A stretch of 51,818 nt of DNA, from positions 1-51,818 of the forward strand of contig JBMFXC010000007.1 in the NCBI GenBank assembly GCA_049964655.1, written 5' to 3'. Shown piece after piece: positions 11,203-19,431 of this stretch. Made by a program: the position numbers and the translations under genes. Source of the DNA: Acidimicrobiales bacterium (GTDB taxonomy: Bacteria > Actinomycetota > Acidimicrobiia > Acidimicrobiales > RAAP-2). Under the pieces are notes generated by a model. It saw only the letters and a list, made by a program, of their open reading frames with translations. It ran no database searches and was not told the origin of the DNA. The stretch's first letter is position 1. The number at the start of each line of letters is the position of its first letter.

Positions 11203-11290
11203 CAGGGTGCCGAGGCTACTGGCACCGGGCACACCACCGACAACGCGCCTGTTCGCGTCGGCCGACACCGTGGCCCGTGGCCTCGGATGC

Positions 11291-11319
11291 TTGCAACTGT
11301 TTATCAGTCTGTATACACT
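11291..11319 (+). promoter_or_regulatory. SigA-type promoter: -35 TTGCAA (11291-11296), 17-bp spacer, -10 TACACT (11314-11319)
   Basis: Read directly in the only AT-rich patch of this divergent intergenic region. It lies about 45 nt upstream of the ATG at 11363, which has an AGGAGG RBS at 11352-11357. Confidence 0.45.
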
Positions 11320-11362
11320 TGCATCAACAGGCCGTACCCACGGCACCCATGTAGGAGGACCG

Positions 11363-11752
11363 ATGCCCCGCTTCGAACGATCACTTCCCGACCTCGACCC
11401 CGCCCAGGTGGCCCAAGAGCTCGCACGTCGGGCGCGGGACGCCGCCTACGTCGCCGTCGGTGCTGGCGTGCTCGGCTACCAACGGCTGCAGGTGCAGCGT
11501 CGGGAGCTCGAAGCGCGCCTGGGTCAGCCGCGCACCGACGTCCAGAGCCGGCTGTCGACCGTGCGGGACGACGTCACCGGCGTGCTCGCAGACGTCGACC
11601 AGCGGGTCGAGGCACTCGTCGAGCAGGTCGAGGCGGTGCTGTCGCCGCTCGAGCAGCGCCTTCCCGAGCCTGCCCGCGACCTCGCCGCCCAGGCGCACGA
11701 GCTGGCACGTGACGTGCGCGCCCAGCTCCGCGAGCGGCTGACCAACGCCTGA
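11363..11752 (+). CDS. Small coiled-coil protein (apolipoprotein/phasin-like helical repeats), function unknown
   Basis: ORF 11207..11752 trimmed to the ATG at 11363, which is preceded by AGGAGG. 129 aa, rich in E/R/A/L/Q heptad-like helices (RLQVQRRELEARL.., VEALVEQVEAVLSPLEQRL). Confidence 0.7.
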   Translation: MPRFERSLPDLDPAQVAQELARRARDAAYVAVGAGVLGYQRLQVQRRELEARLGQPRTDVQSRLSTVRDDVTGVLADVDQRVEALVEQVEAVLSPLEQRLPEPARDLAAQAHELARDVRAQLRERLTNA

Positions 11753-11863
11753 CCGCCCGGTCAGCGACGCACGCGACCTTGGCGCCGCCGCTCCCCCCTC
11801 GGCGACGCTGGGCACAGTGGGGCACGATGCCTCACTGCCGCGGACCGGCCCCCTCCGATCCGC

Positions 11864-11898
11864 CGACGACGGGCCCGCTCCAAGCGGGCCCGTCGTCG
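11864..11898. terminator. Perfect 15-bp-stem hairpin between convergent genes (likely bidirectional intrinsic terminator)
   Basis: CGACGACGGGCCCGC (11864-11878), loop TCCAA, then GCGGGCCCGTCGTCG (11884-11898): exact reverse complements. There is no clear U-tract. Confidence 0.55.
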
Positions 11899-12023
11899 CG
11901 CCCGCTCCGCGAGGGCGCGCTGCCCGGGTTCCCGTCAGCCAGCCCCGAGCCCCCGTGGCCACGACACCGGGCCACCAGATCGCTCAGCGCCGCCTGTGGA
12001 CGAGCCGGACCGCTCACGACGGG

Positions 12024-12941
12024 CTAGACGGCTCGGGGCACCCGGCCTTCCCAGTCCTTGAGGACGTCCGCGAGCGTCTCGGTCAGCGGGTGCACGGGCA
12101 CCCAGCCCGTGGCGCGTTGCAGACGACCCGGGTCTCCCCGCAGGACGGGGACCTCGATCGGCCGGACGAGAGCGGGGTCCACCTCGAGCTCGAGCGAGGC
12201 CCCGGCCAGCGCCACCAGCTCGTCGGCTATTTCGCGCATCGAGACGTCTCGACCCGAACAGACGTTGTAGACCGTTCCCGGCTCGCCCGACTCGACGAGC
12301 GCCCGATAGGCGCGCACGACGTCACGGACGTCGGTGAAGTCGCGGCGAGCCGACAGGTTGCCCACGGCGATGGCACGCTGACCGCTCGCCGTCGCTTCGA
12401 CGACCCGCTTGGCAAAGGCGGCGACGGCGAACTCAGGCGACTGCCCGGGGCCCACGTGGTTGAACGGACGCGCCACCACGACATGCTGGCCGTGACCGCG
12501 GAACGCCTGGGTGGCGACGGCCTCGGCCGCCAGCTTGCTCGCCGCATAGGGCGTGACCGGTGCCGGTGCCATGTCCTCGGTGAGCGGGAGCGCCGCTGGG
12601 TCGGCCACGGCCCCGTACACCTCGGCCGAGCTCACCACCAGCACTCGTGGTGCCAGCCCGGACCGGCGGGCAGCCAGGAGCACGCTCGCCGTCCCGAGCA
12701 CGTTCACCTCGAGGACTCCTAGGGGGTCGTCCCACGACCGGCCCACGTGCGACAGCGCAGCCAGGTGGTACACGGCCTCGGGACGCGCCGCTTCGATGGC
12801 AGCGTGGACGGCGTCGGGGTCGGTGACGTCGACCTCGGTGTCCGTCACCTCGACGTCGTCGCCGGCAGCGCGCAGGTGGTCGACCAACCAGGTGCCGACG
12901 AAGCCGCTTCCTCCGGTGATCAGGGCTCGCACGCCGAGCAC
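12024..12941 (-). CDS. NAD-dependent epimerase/dehydratase family, GDP-6-deoxy-hexose (4-keto) reductase-like (Rmd-like)
   Basis: ORF 12024..13142 trimmed to the GTG at 12941-12939, 1 nt after the upstream TAG. Rossmann motif ALITGGSGFVGTWL, catalytic YAASKLAAE (YxxxK). About 305 aa. Confidence 0.83.
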   Translation of the reverse strand: MLGVRALITGGSGFVGTWLVDHLRAAGDDVEVTDTEVDVTDPDAVHAAIEAARPEAVYHLAALSHVGRSWDDPLGVLEVNVLGTASVLLAARRSGLAPRVLVVSSAEVYGAVADPAALPLTEDMAPAPVTPYAASKLAAEAVATQAFRGHGQHVVVARPFNHVGPGQSPEFAVAAFAKRVVEATASGQRAIAVGNLSARRDFTDVRDVVRAYRALVESGEPGTVYNVCSGRDVSMREIADELVALAGASLELEVDPALVRPIEVPVLRGDPGRLQRATGWVPVHPLTETLADVLKDWEGRVPRAV

Positions 12942-12942
12942 C

Positions 12943-14193
12943 CTACCGGGTGCCCCGGGCGCGCCGCCTGCCTCCACGGGCGGCAAGCCGGTACGCCCGG
13001 ACGTGGGCGGCAGCGCTCGCCGACCAGGTGTGGGCCGCAGCCACGGCAAGCCCGCGACGTCGTCGATCTTCGCGGTCGGGATCCCCCACCCCGCGCTCGG
13101 AGAGCACGACGTCGAGGACGTCGGCCAGGGCGGCCGTGTCACCGGGATCGACGAGCAGGGCGGCGGATCCCGCCACCTCCTCCATCGCCGTCCCCCGAGT
13201 GGTCACGAGGGTGGTCCCACAGGCCAGCGCCTCCAGGGCAGGCAGACCGAAGCCCTCGTACCGGGCCGGGTAGACGGCCGCGGCAGCGTGTCGCAACAAC
13301 GCCGGGACGGCGTCGTCGGGGACGTAGCCGGTCCTGACCACCTGGGCGTCGATCCCGGCAGCGTGGAGGGCCCGCTCGACGGCGTCGCCACCCCACCCCG
13401 GTCCCCCGGCCAGCACGAGCAGCGCCTCGGGATGCCGGCGCGCCACGCGGGCAAAGGCCGCCACCAGCGTGGGGACATCCTTGCGAGGCTCGAGGGTGCC
13501 GACGAAGACCACGAAGGGAGCGCCCTGCGAGAGACGGTGGTCGAGGCCGCCCAGGACGACGAGGTCGCTCCCCGGGTCGACCTCCTCGGGTGAGAAGCGA
13601 CGCGCGTCGACGCCGTGATGGGCCACCACCACCTCGGCGTCGGTCGGGCACCACCGTTCGAGCTCGTCAGCCGTCACCTGGCTCGGACAGACGATGACGG
13701 TGGCCCGGCGAGCCGCCACCTCGATCGCCCGCCGGAACAGGAGCACCTTGGAGCGCTCGTGCCACTCGGGAGACACGAAGAAGCTCAGGTCGTGGACGGT
13801 GACGACGACGGGGAGGCGGGTGCGCTCCGGCATCGTGTAGTGGGGTGAGTGATGGACGGCCACTGCCGCGGTGCGCAGCCGGGCCGGCAAGGCCACCTGC
13901 TCCCAGGCCAGGCGGAGCGGGCGGGGAGCCGGGGCGACGTCCACCACGTCGGCTGTTGGTGCAAGCGACCGCCACCGGGTGGCGTCTCCCCGGCGAGCGA
14001 GAAGGACGAGCGACACCTCGCCACCAGCGGCGACGGCCTCGACCAGGCGCAACGTGTACTGGCCGGCACCCACCGGGCGGGCCGGGACCGCCGTCACGTC
14101 GACCGAGCACCGCAGTGCCGTGGTCGACGGACCATCCCCGGAGGCTCCCTCGGCTGCCCCGACGACCTGCTCCTGCGCCGGGACCCTCGTCAC
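12943..14193 (-). CDS. Glycosyltransferase family 4 (GT-B)
   Basis: Only the C-terminal part of ORF 12943..15273 is coding-like. In-frame GTG at 14193-14191 (alternative GTG at 14214-14212 would overlap the upstream TGA). Motifs VGTLEPRKD and YPARYEGFGLPALEA match the GT4 EX7E region. Confidence 0.83.
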   Translation of the reverse strand: MTRVPAQEQVVGAAEGASGDGPSTTALRCSVDVTAVPARPVGAGQYTLRLVEAVAAGGEVSLVLLARRGDATRWRSLAPTADVVDVAPAPRPLRLAWEQVALPARLRTAAVAVHHSPHYTMPERTRLPVVVTVHDLSFFVSPEWHERSKVLLFRRAIEVAARRATVIVCPSQVTADELERWCPTDAEVVVAHHGVDARRFSPEEVDPGSDLVVLGGLDHRLSQGAPFVVFVGTLEPRKDVPTLVAAFARVARRHPEALLVLAGGPGWGGDAVERALHAAGIDAQVVRTGYVPDDAVPALLRHAAAAVYPARYEGFGLPALEALACGTTLVTTRGTAMEEVAGSAALLVDPGDTAALADVLDVVLSERGVGDPDREDRRRRGLAVAAAHTWSASAAAHVRAYRLAARGGRRRARGTR

Positions 14194-14206
14194 GGGCTGC
14201 TCGCCG

Positions 14207-15355
14207 TCAACCACCGGGACCCGCTCCGGTGACGCCAGCCCACACCGCCACGTGACGCTCCGCCGACGTCGTCCACCGCAGGCCGGCAGCGTGCTCGGCG
14301 CCGCGCCGACGGAGGTCGTCGGCGACGTCGTCCTCGCTCGCCACGGTGACGAGCGCCTCAGCGATCCCCTCCACGTCGAGGGGGTCGACCTCGTTGGCGG
14401 CGCCGCCCGTGCTCGGGAGCGGGCTGGCCACCACCGGGACCCCCGCCGCCATGGCCTCGAGAGGAGGCAGGCCGAAGCCCTCGCCGAGCGGCACGTAGGC
14501 GAGCAGCCGGGCTCGGTGGTAGAGGCCGGCGAGGACACCGGCTGGAACGCCCCCGGCCAGCACGACGCCTTCGACGGGCTGCAGCCGGTCACCCCATCCG
14601 GTGGGCCCGACCACCACCAGCGGCCACGGTTCGGGCAACCGGCGGCGCGCCTGTCCATAGGCGTCGAACAGGCGGGCGAGGTTCTTGCGCGGTTCGAGCG
14701 TTCCCACGGCCAACAGGAACGGGGTGCCGACGCCGAGGTGGGCGAGCAGGGCGTCGGTCGCCGAGCTGTCCGGCGGCGGCAGGTGGTCGCTGCCGTGGGG
14801 CACGACCACCACGTCACCCGGCGTCGCTCCGGCGTCGACCAACTGCGTGGCCACGACCTCGCTCGGCACGACGACGCGGGCTGCCCGCTGCAGGAGGCGC
14901 CGGAGCGCTGCCTCGTGCCACGCCCGTCCTCGGGCCGGGTAGGCCTCGGGATACGTCCGCCACAGCAGGTCGTGCACCATCGCCACCACCGGCGCGTCCT
15001 GGCTGGGTGGGGCAGCCAGAGACACGGCGTGGACGACGTCGAAGCTCCGGGGCGCGGAGAGTACCCCGGCGTCCCACAAGCGGGTGAGGACGGGACCGGG
15101 CAGTGGTACGGACCGGACGGGGAACCCGGGTCCGGCCAGCGGGTCTCGACTTGCTTCCCGGTGTCGACGCCGGCTGGCCAGCACGGTGACGTCGGCGCCG
15201 GCACCGGTCCCGAGGCGGCGGAGGCCCCCGAGCAGGCCGAGCGCGTAGGTGCCGATGCCACCGGGCACGGCACGTCGCAGTTGCTCGGCGACGACCAGCA
15301 CGCCGAGTGGTCGGTGACCTGGTCCGAGCGTCGGTCGCTGGGACGAGGAGCTCAT
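14207..15355 (-). CDS. Glycosyltransferase family 4 (GT-B)
   Basis: ATG at 15355-15353 overlaps the upstream TGA at 15354-15352 (ATGA). Motifs GGIGTYALGL, VGTLEPRKN and PLGEGFGLPPLEAMAAG. Confidence 0.88.
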   Translation of the reverse strand: MSSSSQRPTLGPGHRPLGVLVVAEQLRRAVPGGIGTYALGLLGGLRRLGTGAGADVTVLASRRRHREASRDPLAGPGFPVRSVPLPGPVLTRLWDAGVLSAPRSFDVVHAVSLAAPPSQDAPVVAMVHDLLWRTYPEAYPARGRAWHEAALRRLLQRAARVVVPSEVVATQLVDAGATPGDVVVVPHGSDHLPPPDSSATDALLAHLGVGTPFLLAVGTLEPRKNLARLFDAYGQARRRLPEPWPLVVVGPTGWGDRLQPVEGVVLAGGVPAGVLAGLYHRARLLAYVPLGEGFGLPPLEAMAAGVPVVASPLPSTGGAANEVDPLDVEGIAEALVTVASEDDVADDLRRRGAEHAAGLRWTTSAERHVAVWAGVTGAGPGG

Positions 15356-16635
15356 GCCGCGGCGTCGCGGTAGAGCTCGACCATGCCCTCCGCACAGGCG
15401 TCCCAGGTGAACCGGCGAGACCGCTCCCGACCCCGTGCCACCAAGGCGTCGACCTCCGGTCCGCCGGCGAGCACGTCGGCCAGGGCGTCGGCGAGGGCGT
15501 CGGCGTCGCCGGGAGGCACGAGGACGGCGGCGTCGCCGACCACCTCGGGGATGGCACCAGCCCGTGTGGTGACCACGGGCACGCCGGCGGCCATCGCCTG
15601 GAGAGGAGGGAAGCCGAAGCCCTCGTAGAGGGAAGGGTAGGCGAGCGCGGCGGCGCCGGCGAGCAGTCGCGCGAGGGCAACGTCGGCCACGTAGCCGACC
15701 CGGACGACACGGGCCGCCGCCGGCGAGCGGCCCACAGCCTCCTCGACGGCGTCGGCACCCCACCCCGAGGCACCGACGATCACCAGGGCGAGCCCCGGGT
15801 CGGAGGCGGCAACCCGGGTGAAGGCGGCGACGAGCGACGGGTAGTCCTTGCGGGGCTCGACGGTGCCGATGGCGATCACGTAGCGCTCCGTGCCCCGGGG
15901 AAGGTCGACGGGCAGCTGCGGGACGACCGGGGGTCCGTGGCCGATCCCGGTGCCGCCGGCACCGCCGCCCAAATCGGTGCCACCGGTATGCCCAGTGCCC
16001 CCGGCCAGCTCGCTCAGCTCGCTCAGCTCGGTGAGCTCGGTGAGCTCGGTGAGCTCGGCCACCAACGGCACACCGAGGTGGACCGTGCGCACGTGGTCCG
16101 GAGCGGCGCCGAAGGCGTCGACGACCTCGTCGGCGACGAAGTCCGACAAGGTGTGCACGTAGGCGCCGGCAGCGATCGCTCGCCGCACGAGATCAGGAAA
16201 GACCAGGGTGGAGCGGTCGCAGAGGTGTGGATAGCGCAGCGGGGTCAGGTCGTGCACGCTGACCACCCGGGCGGCATGGGCGGGTGGCACCACGAAGTTG
16301 GTCCCGTGGACGACGTCGTGACGCCCGACGAACCAGTCGGCCGGCGGCCACGACAGCCGGCGCCACGACGCGTGCAGCGGCCGCGCCGGCATGGGCCGTT
16401 GCGCACGGTCGACCTCCGGCGGAACGACGGAGTCGATGCCATGGCGGCGGCGCCAGCTCACCGCGAAGGCCGACACGTCGACGTCTTGGCGACGGGCGAG
16501 GCCGTCGATGAGCCCGGCCACGAAGGCCCCGACGCCCGTCGGTCGGCCGAGCAACGGCGTGGCGTCGAGGGCGACGGAGAGCCGGGCGGCATCCGACCGG
16601 TGTCCGTGGCGCGGCACGGCGAGAGCCTTGCACAT
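15352..16635 (-). CDS. Glycosyltransferase family 4 (GT-B) with a low-complexity insertion
   Basis: Start at ATG 16635-16633 (MCKALAV..); the alternative is ATG 16716. Motifs ATPLLGRPTGVGAF, IGTVEPRKD and PSLYEGFGFPPLQAMAAG. A roughly 55-aa insertion includes ELTELTELTELSELSEL. Confidence 0.83.
   Translation of the reverse strand: MCKALAVPRHGHRSDAARLSVALDATPLLGRPTGVGAFVAGLIDGLARRQDVDVSAFAVSWRRRHGIDSVVPPEVDRAQRPMPARPLHASWRRLSWPPADWFVGRHDVVHGTNFVVPPAHAARVVSVHDLTPLRYPHLCDRSTLVFPDLVRRAIAAGAYVHTLSDFVADEVVDAFGAAPDHVRTVHLGVPLVAELTELTELTELSELSELAGGTGHTGGTDLGGGAGGTGIGHGPPVVPQLPVDLPRGTERYVIAIGTVEPRKDYPSLVAAFTRVAASDPGLALVIVGASGWGADAVEEAVGRSPAAARVVRVGYVADVALARLLAGAAALAYPSLYEGFGFPPLQAMAAGVPVVTTRAGAIPEVVGDAAVLVPPGDADALADALADVLAGGPEVDALVARGRERSRRFTWDACAEGMVELYRDAAA
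16006..16059. repeat. 9-bp tandem repeat x6, coding (ELT/ELS)
   Basis: CAGCTCGCT x2, then CAGCTCGGT, GAGCTCGGT x2 and GAGCTCGGC, read directly. The array lies inside the third GT4 gene. Confidence 0.9.
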
Positions 16636-16767
16636 CTCGGCACCCGCACCGGGCAGCCGGACAACGCCCGCTGGTCGGCGCCTCGCGCCGGCGGTAGTGT
16701 GCCCGACCATGCGCATCCGCCGGCACCTCGCCGCCCTGGCGCGGGACCGGCGAGGCGGCAGCCGGTC

Positions 16768-17706
16768 GTGATCACGGCACTGGCCGGCGGGGTCGGCGCC
16801 GCCCGGCTCCTCGAGGGGATGACCGAGGTCGTCGACGCTGCGACGATCACCGCCGTGGTCAACGTCGGCGACGACACCCGACTGCACGGGCTCCACATCT
16901 CTCCCGACCTCGACACCGTGCTCTACACGCTGGCCGGGCTGTCCGACCGCGGCACCGGCTGGGGGCTGGCCGGCGAGTCGTGGACGGTGATGACCGAGCT
17001 CGAGCGACTGGGCGGCGAGACCTGGTTCCGCCTCGGTGACCGCGACCTCGCCACCCACTGCTACCGCACCCACCGGCTCGACCAGGGAGCGACGCTCAGC
17101 GAGGTGACCGCCGAGCTAGCCCGGGCCCGCGGGGTCCGGGTCCGGCTCCTGCCCGTCTCGGACGACCCGGTGCGGACCCACCTGCACGTGGTCGGTGGCC
17201 ACGAGGTGCCCTTTCAGGAGTACTTCGTTCGGCTCCGGCACGACGTCGCCGTCTCTGCCGTCCGGTTCGCCGGGGCCGACCAGGCGCGCCCGGCACCAGG
17301 CGTCCTCGAGGCGGTCGACGACGCCGAGGTAGTGGTGGTGTGCCCGTCGAACCCAGTGGTCTCCATCGGCCCCGTGGTCGCCGTCCCCGGCCTCCTCGAC
17401 CACCTCCGCCGACGGCGGGAGGACGTCGTCGCGGTGTCCCCCATCGTCGCCGGCTCGGCCATCAAGGGACCGGCAGCCCGGCTCATGGCCGAGTCGGGCT
17501 TCGAACCCTCGGTGGTCGGCGTGGCGCGTTGGTACGCGCCGTGGGTCTCGACGCTGGTGGTCGACCGAGCCGACGAGGCGCTCGCCCCGGCCGTCGAGGC
17601 CGAAGGCGTGCGTTGCGTCGTCGCCGACACGGTGATGAGCGACGTCAGACGGGCCGCCGAGCTGTCCCGTGCCGTCCTCGGAGCGATCGGGGACGGTCGG
17701 CGGTGA
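16768..17706 (+). CDS. cofD: 2-phospho-L-lactate (or EPPG) transferase CofD/FbiA, F420 biosynthesis
   Basis: ORF 15307..17706 trimmed to the in-frame GTG at 16768. VITALAGGVGAARLLEG.., VVNVGDD..HGLHISPDLDTVLYTLAG and SNPVVSIGP are hallmark CofD motifs. About 312 aa. Confidence 0.93.
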   Translation: MITALAGGVGAARLLEGMTEVVDAATITAVVNVGDDTRLHGLHISPDLDTVLYTLAGLSDRGTGWGLAGESWTVMTELERLGGETWFRLGDRDLATHCYRTHRLDQGATLSEVTAELARARGVRVRLLPVSDDPVRTHLHVVGGHEVPFQEYFVRLRHDVAVSAVRFAGADQARPAPGVLEAVDDAEVVVVCPSNPVVSIGPVVAVPGLLDHLRRRREDVVAVSPIVAGSAIKGPAARLMAESGFEPSVVGVARWYAPWVSTLVVDRADEALAPAVEAEGVRCVVADTVMSDVRRAAELSRAVLGAIGDGRR

Positions 17707-18437
17707 CCCGGGACGACGGTGGGCTCGCCGTCCATCCGGTCGTCGGCATCGGGGCTGTCGTCCCCGGTGACAACCTGGCCGGGGTCCTCGCCGACGCCCT
17801 CGGTCCCACCTCCAGCGTCCCCGGTGGCCTGGCCGACGGAGACGTGCTCGTCGTCACCCAGAAGGTCGTCTCGAAGGCCGAGGGGCGCCTGGTCCCTGTC
17901 GACCCCGACGACCCGGCAGCCAAGCGCCTCGTCGTCGAGTCCGAGTCGGTCCGGGTGGTCCGCCGACGCGGTGACCTGCTCATCAGCGAGACCCGTCACG
18001 GCTTCGTCTGCGCCAACGCCGGCGTGGACCTCTCCAACGTGGAGGCCGGAACGGCAGCCCTCCTGCCGGTGGACCCCGACCGGTCCGCCCGGAGGATCCG
18101 GGCGGACCTTCGGCGCCGACTGGGCGTCGAGGTGGGGGTCGTCATCTCCGACACGTTCGGACGCACCTGGCGCCGAGGCGTCACCGACGTCGCCATCGGG
18201 GTGGCCGGCGTCGCAGCGGTGGTCGACCTGCGTGGGACACCGGATGCCACCGGTCGGGTGCTCGAGGCCACCGAGGTCTGCGTGGCCGACGAGCTCGCCG
18301 GCGCCGCCGAGCTCGTCATGGGCAAGGACCGGGGCGTCCCCGCCGCCGTCGTGAGGGGCGTGGCACCCGCCTGGCTGCGGGACGGCTCCGTGGCCGAGGA
18401 GATCGTCCGGCCCCCCTCCGAAGACCTGTTCCGCTGA
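17703..18437 (+). CDS. cofE: Coenzyme F420-0:L-glutamate ligase CofE (stand-alone, no FbiB C-terminal domain)
   Basis: GTG at 17703 overlaps the cofD TGA (GTGA). Motifs GDVLVVTQKVVSKAEGR, ETRHGFVCANAGVDLSN and ISDTFGRTWRRG. 244 aa. Confidence 0.9.
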   Translation: MTRDDGGLAVHPVVGIGAVVPGDNLAGVLADALGPTSSVPGGLADGDVLVVTQKVVSKAEGRLVPVDPDDPAAKRLVVESESVRVVRRRGDLLISETRHGFVCANAGVDLSNVEAGTAALLPVDPDRSARRIRADLRRRLGVEVGVVISDTFGRTWRRGVTDVAIGVAGVAAVVDLRGTPDATGRVLEATEVCVADELAGAAELVMGKDRGVPAAVVRGVAPAWLRDGSVAEEIVRPPSEDLFR

Positions 18438-18459
18438 GCGCCGGCCGCGGCACGGCTCC

Positions 18460-19428
18460 TCACCGGGGCCCGGTCGAGCGCCCCTCGTCCCCCCGGAGGT
18501 GCTCGAGCACCGAGCGCACTCCCTCGGCCACCGTCGTCCACGCCTTCCAGCCCAGCTGCATGGCTGCTCGAGACGGGTCGAGGCTACACCTGGGCAGTTC
18601 GCCGGGTCGGGGCGGGGCGTAGCGGGGCTGGAGGTCGGAACCGACCTGCCGGGCCATCTCTGCATAGAGCGCGTTGACCGACGTCTCGCGTCCGGTGCCG
18701 ATGTTGCAGACCAGCCCTCCGCCCTTGGTGGCGGCGCGCACGAAGGCGTCGACGACGTCGTCGACGAAGACGAAGTCGCGCGTCTGGTTCCCGTCGCCGA
18801 CGATCGTCACCTGCTCGCCGGCCAGGAGCCGCCGACCGAAGACGGCGACCATACCGGTCTCGCCGTGGGGGTCCTGACGGGGCCCGTACACGTTGGCCAA
18901 AGCCAGGGCAACGAACTCGAGGGCGTGGAGCTGGCGGTAGGCGACGAGGTAGTCGATGGCCGCCTTCTTCGAGACCCCAAACGGGGTGAGCGGCCGCGCC
19001 GGGAGCGACTCGCGCCAGGGGAGGTCGGAGGGATCCGGCTCGCCGTAGAGGGTCTCGCCACTGGCGGCGAAGACGACTCGCCTGCACCCGGCGGCACGGG
19101 CCCCTTCGAGGACACGAAGCGTCCCCAGCACGTTCACCTCCGCGTCGAAGACCGGGTCGGCGACCGCGATCCTGTCGTCGGCCTGGGCGGCGAGGTGGAA
19201 GACCACCTCGGGGCGGCGGAGGGTGAGGACGTCGACCACCTCGGGCGAGCGCACGTCCAGGTGGTGGACAGTGAGCCGACGGCCACCGCCGGCCCGAGCC
19301 TCGGCCAGGTTGACCAGTGAGCCGCTCGACAAGTCGTCGACGACGTCGACGGTCGCTCCTTCGGCAAGCAGGCGGTCGACCAGCGTCGACCCGATGAAGC
19401 CGGCGCCTCCGGTCACCAGCGCCCGCAC
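18460..19428 (-). CDS. NAD-dependent sugar epimerase (UDP-glucose 4-epimerase-like)
   Basis: MRALVTGGAGFIGSTLVDRL Rossmann motif and an SDR-type YxxxK (YLVAYRQL region). 322 aa. Last gene of the minus-strand operon. Confidence 0.86.
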   Translation of the reverse strand: MRALVTGGAGFIGSTLVDRLLAEGATVDVVDDLSSGSLVNLAEARAGGGRRLTVHHLDVRSPEVVDVLTLRRPEVVFHLAAQADDRIAVADPVFDAEVNVLGTLRVLEGARAAGCRRVVFAASGETLYGEPDPSDLPWRESLPARPLTPFGVSKKAAIDYLVAYRQLHALEFVALALANVYGPRQDPHGETGMVAVFGRRLLAGEQVTIVGDGNQTRDFVFVDDVVDAFVRAATKGGGLVCNIGTGRETSVNALYAEMARQVGSDLQPRYAPPRPGELPRCSLDPSRAAMQLGWKAWTTVAEGVRSVLEHLRGDEGRSTGPR

Positions 19429-19431
19429 CGC

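Noticed and set aside
11286-11331. Minus-strand promoter for the giant GT2 gene in the same AT-rich patch
   Set aside because: A TTGATG -35-like hexamer is present, but the hexamer at the proper spacing (ATAAAC) does not fit TANNNT. Only the + strand promoter is reported.
12943-17706. Very long ORFs 12943..15273, 14207..15763, 15352..17073 and 15307..17706, read as 500-800-aa proteins
   Set aside because: Each consists of a recognisable GT4 or CofD domain preceded by low-complexity Arg/Pro/Gly sequence that overlaps the neighbouring real gene. In-frame ATG/GTG codons overlapping the upstream stop give normal-sized proteins. The same logic applies to 24015..26081, 25675..27228, 21328..22689, 6419..8143 and 289..3057.
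18438-18459. Terminator between the convergent cofE and galE-like stops
   Set aside because: Only 22 nt separate the two stops. The sequence has a central CCGCGG but no convincing stem, so it cannot be called.
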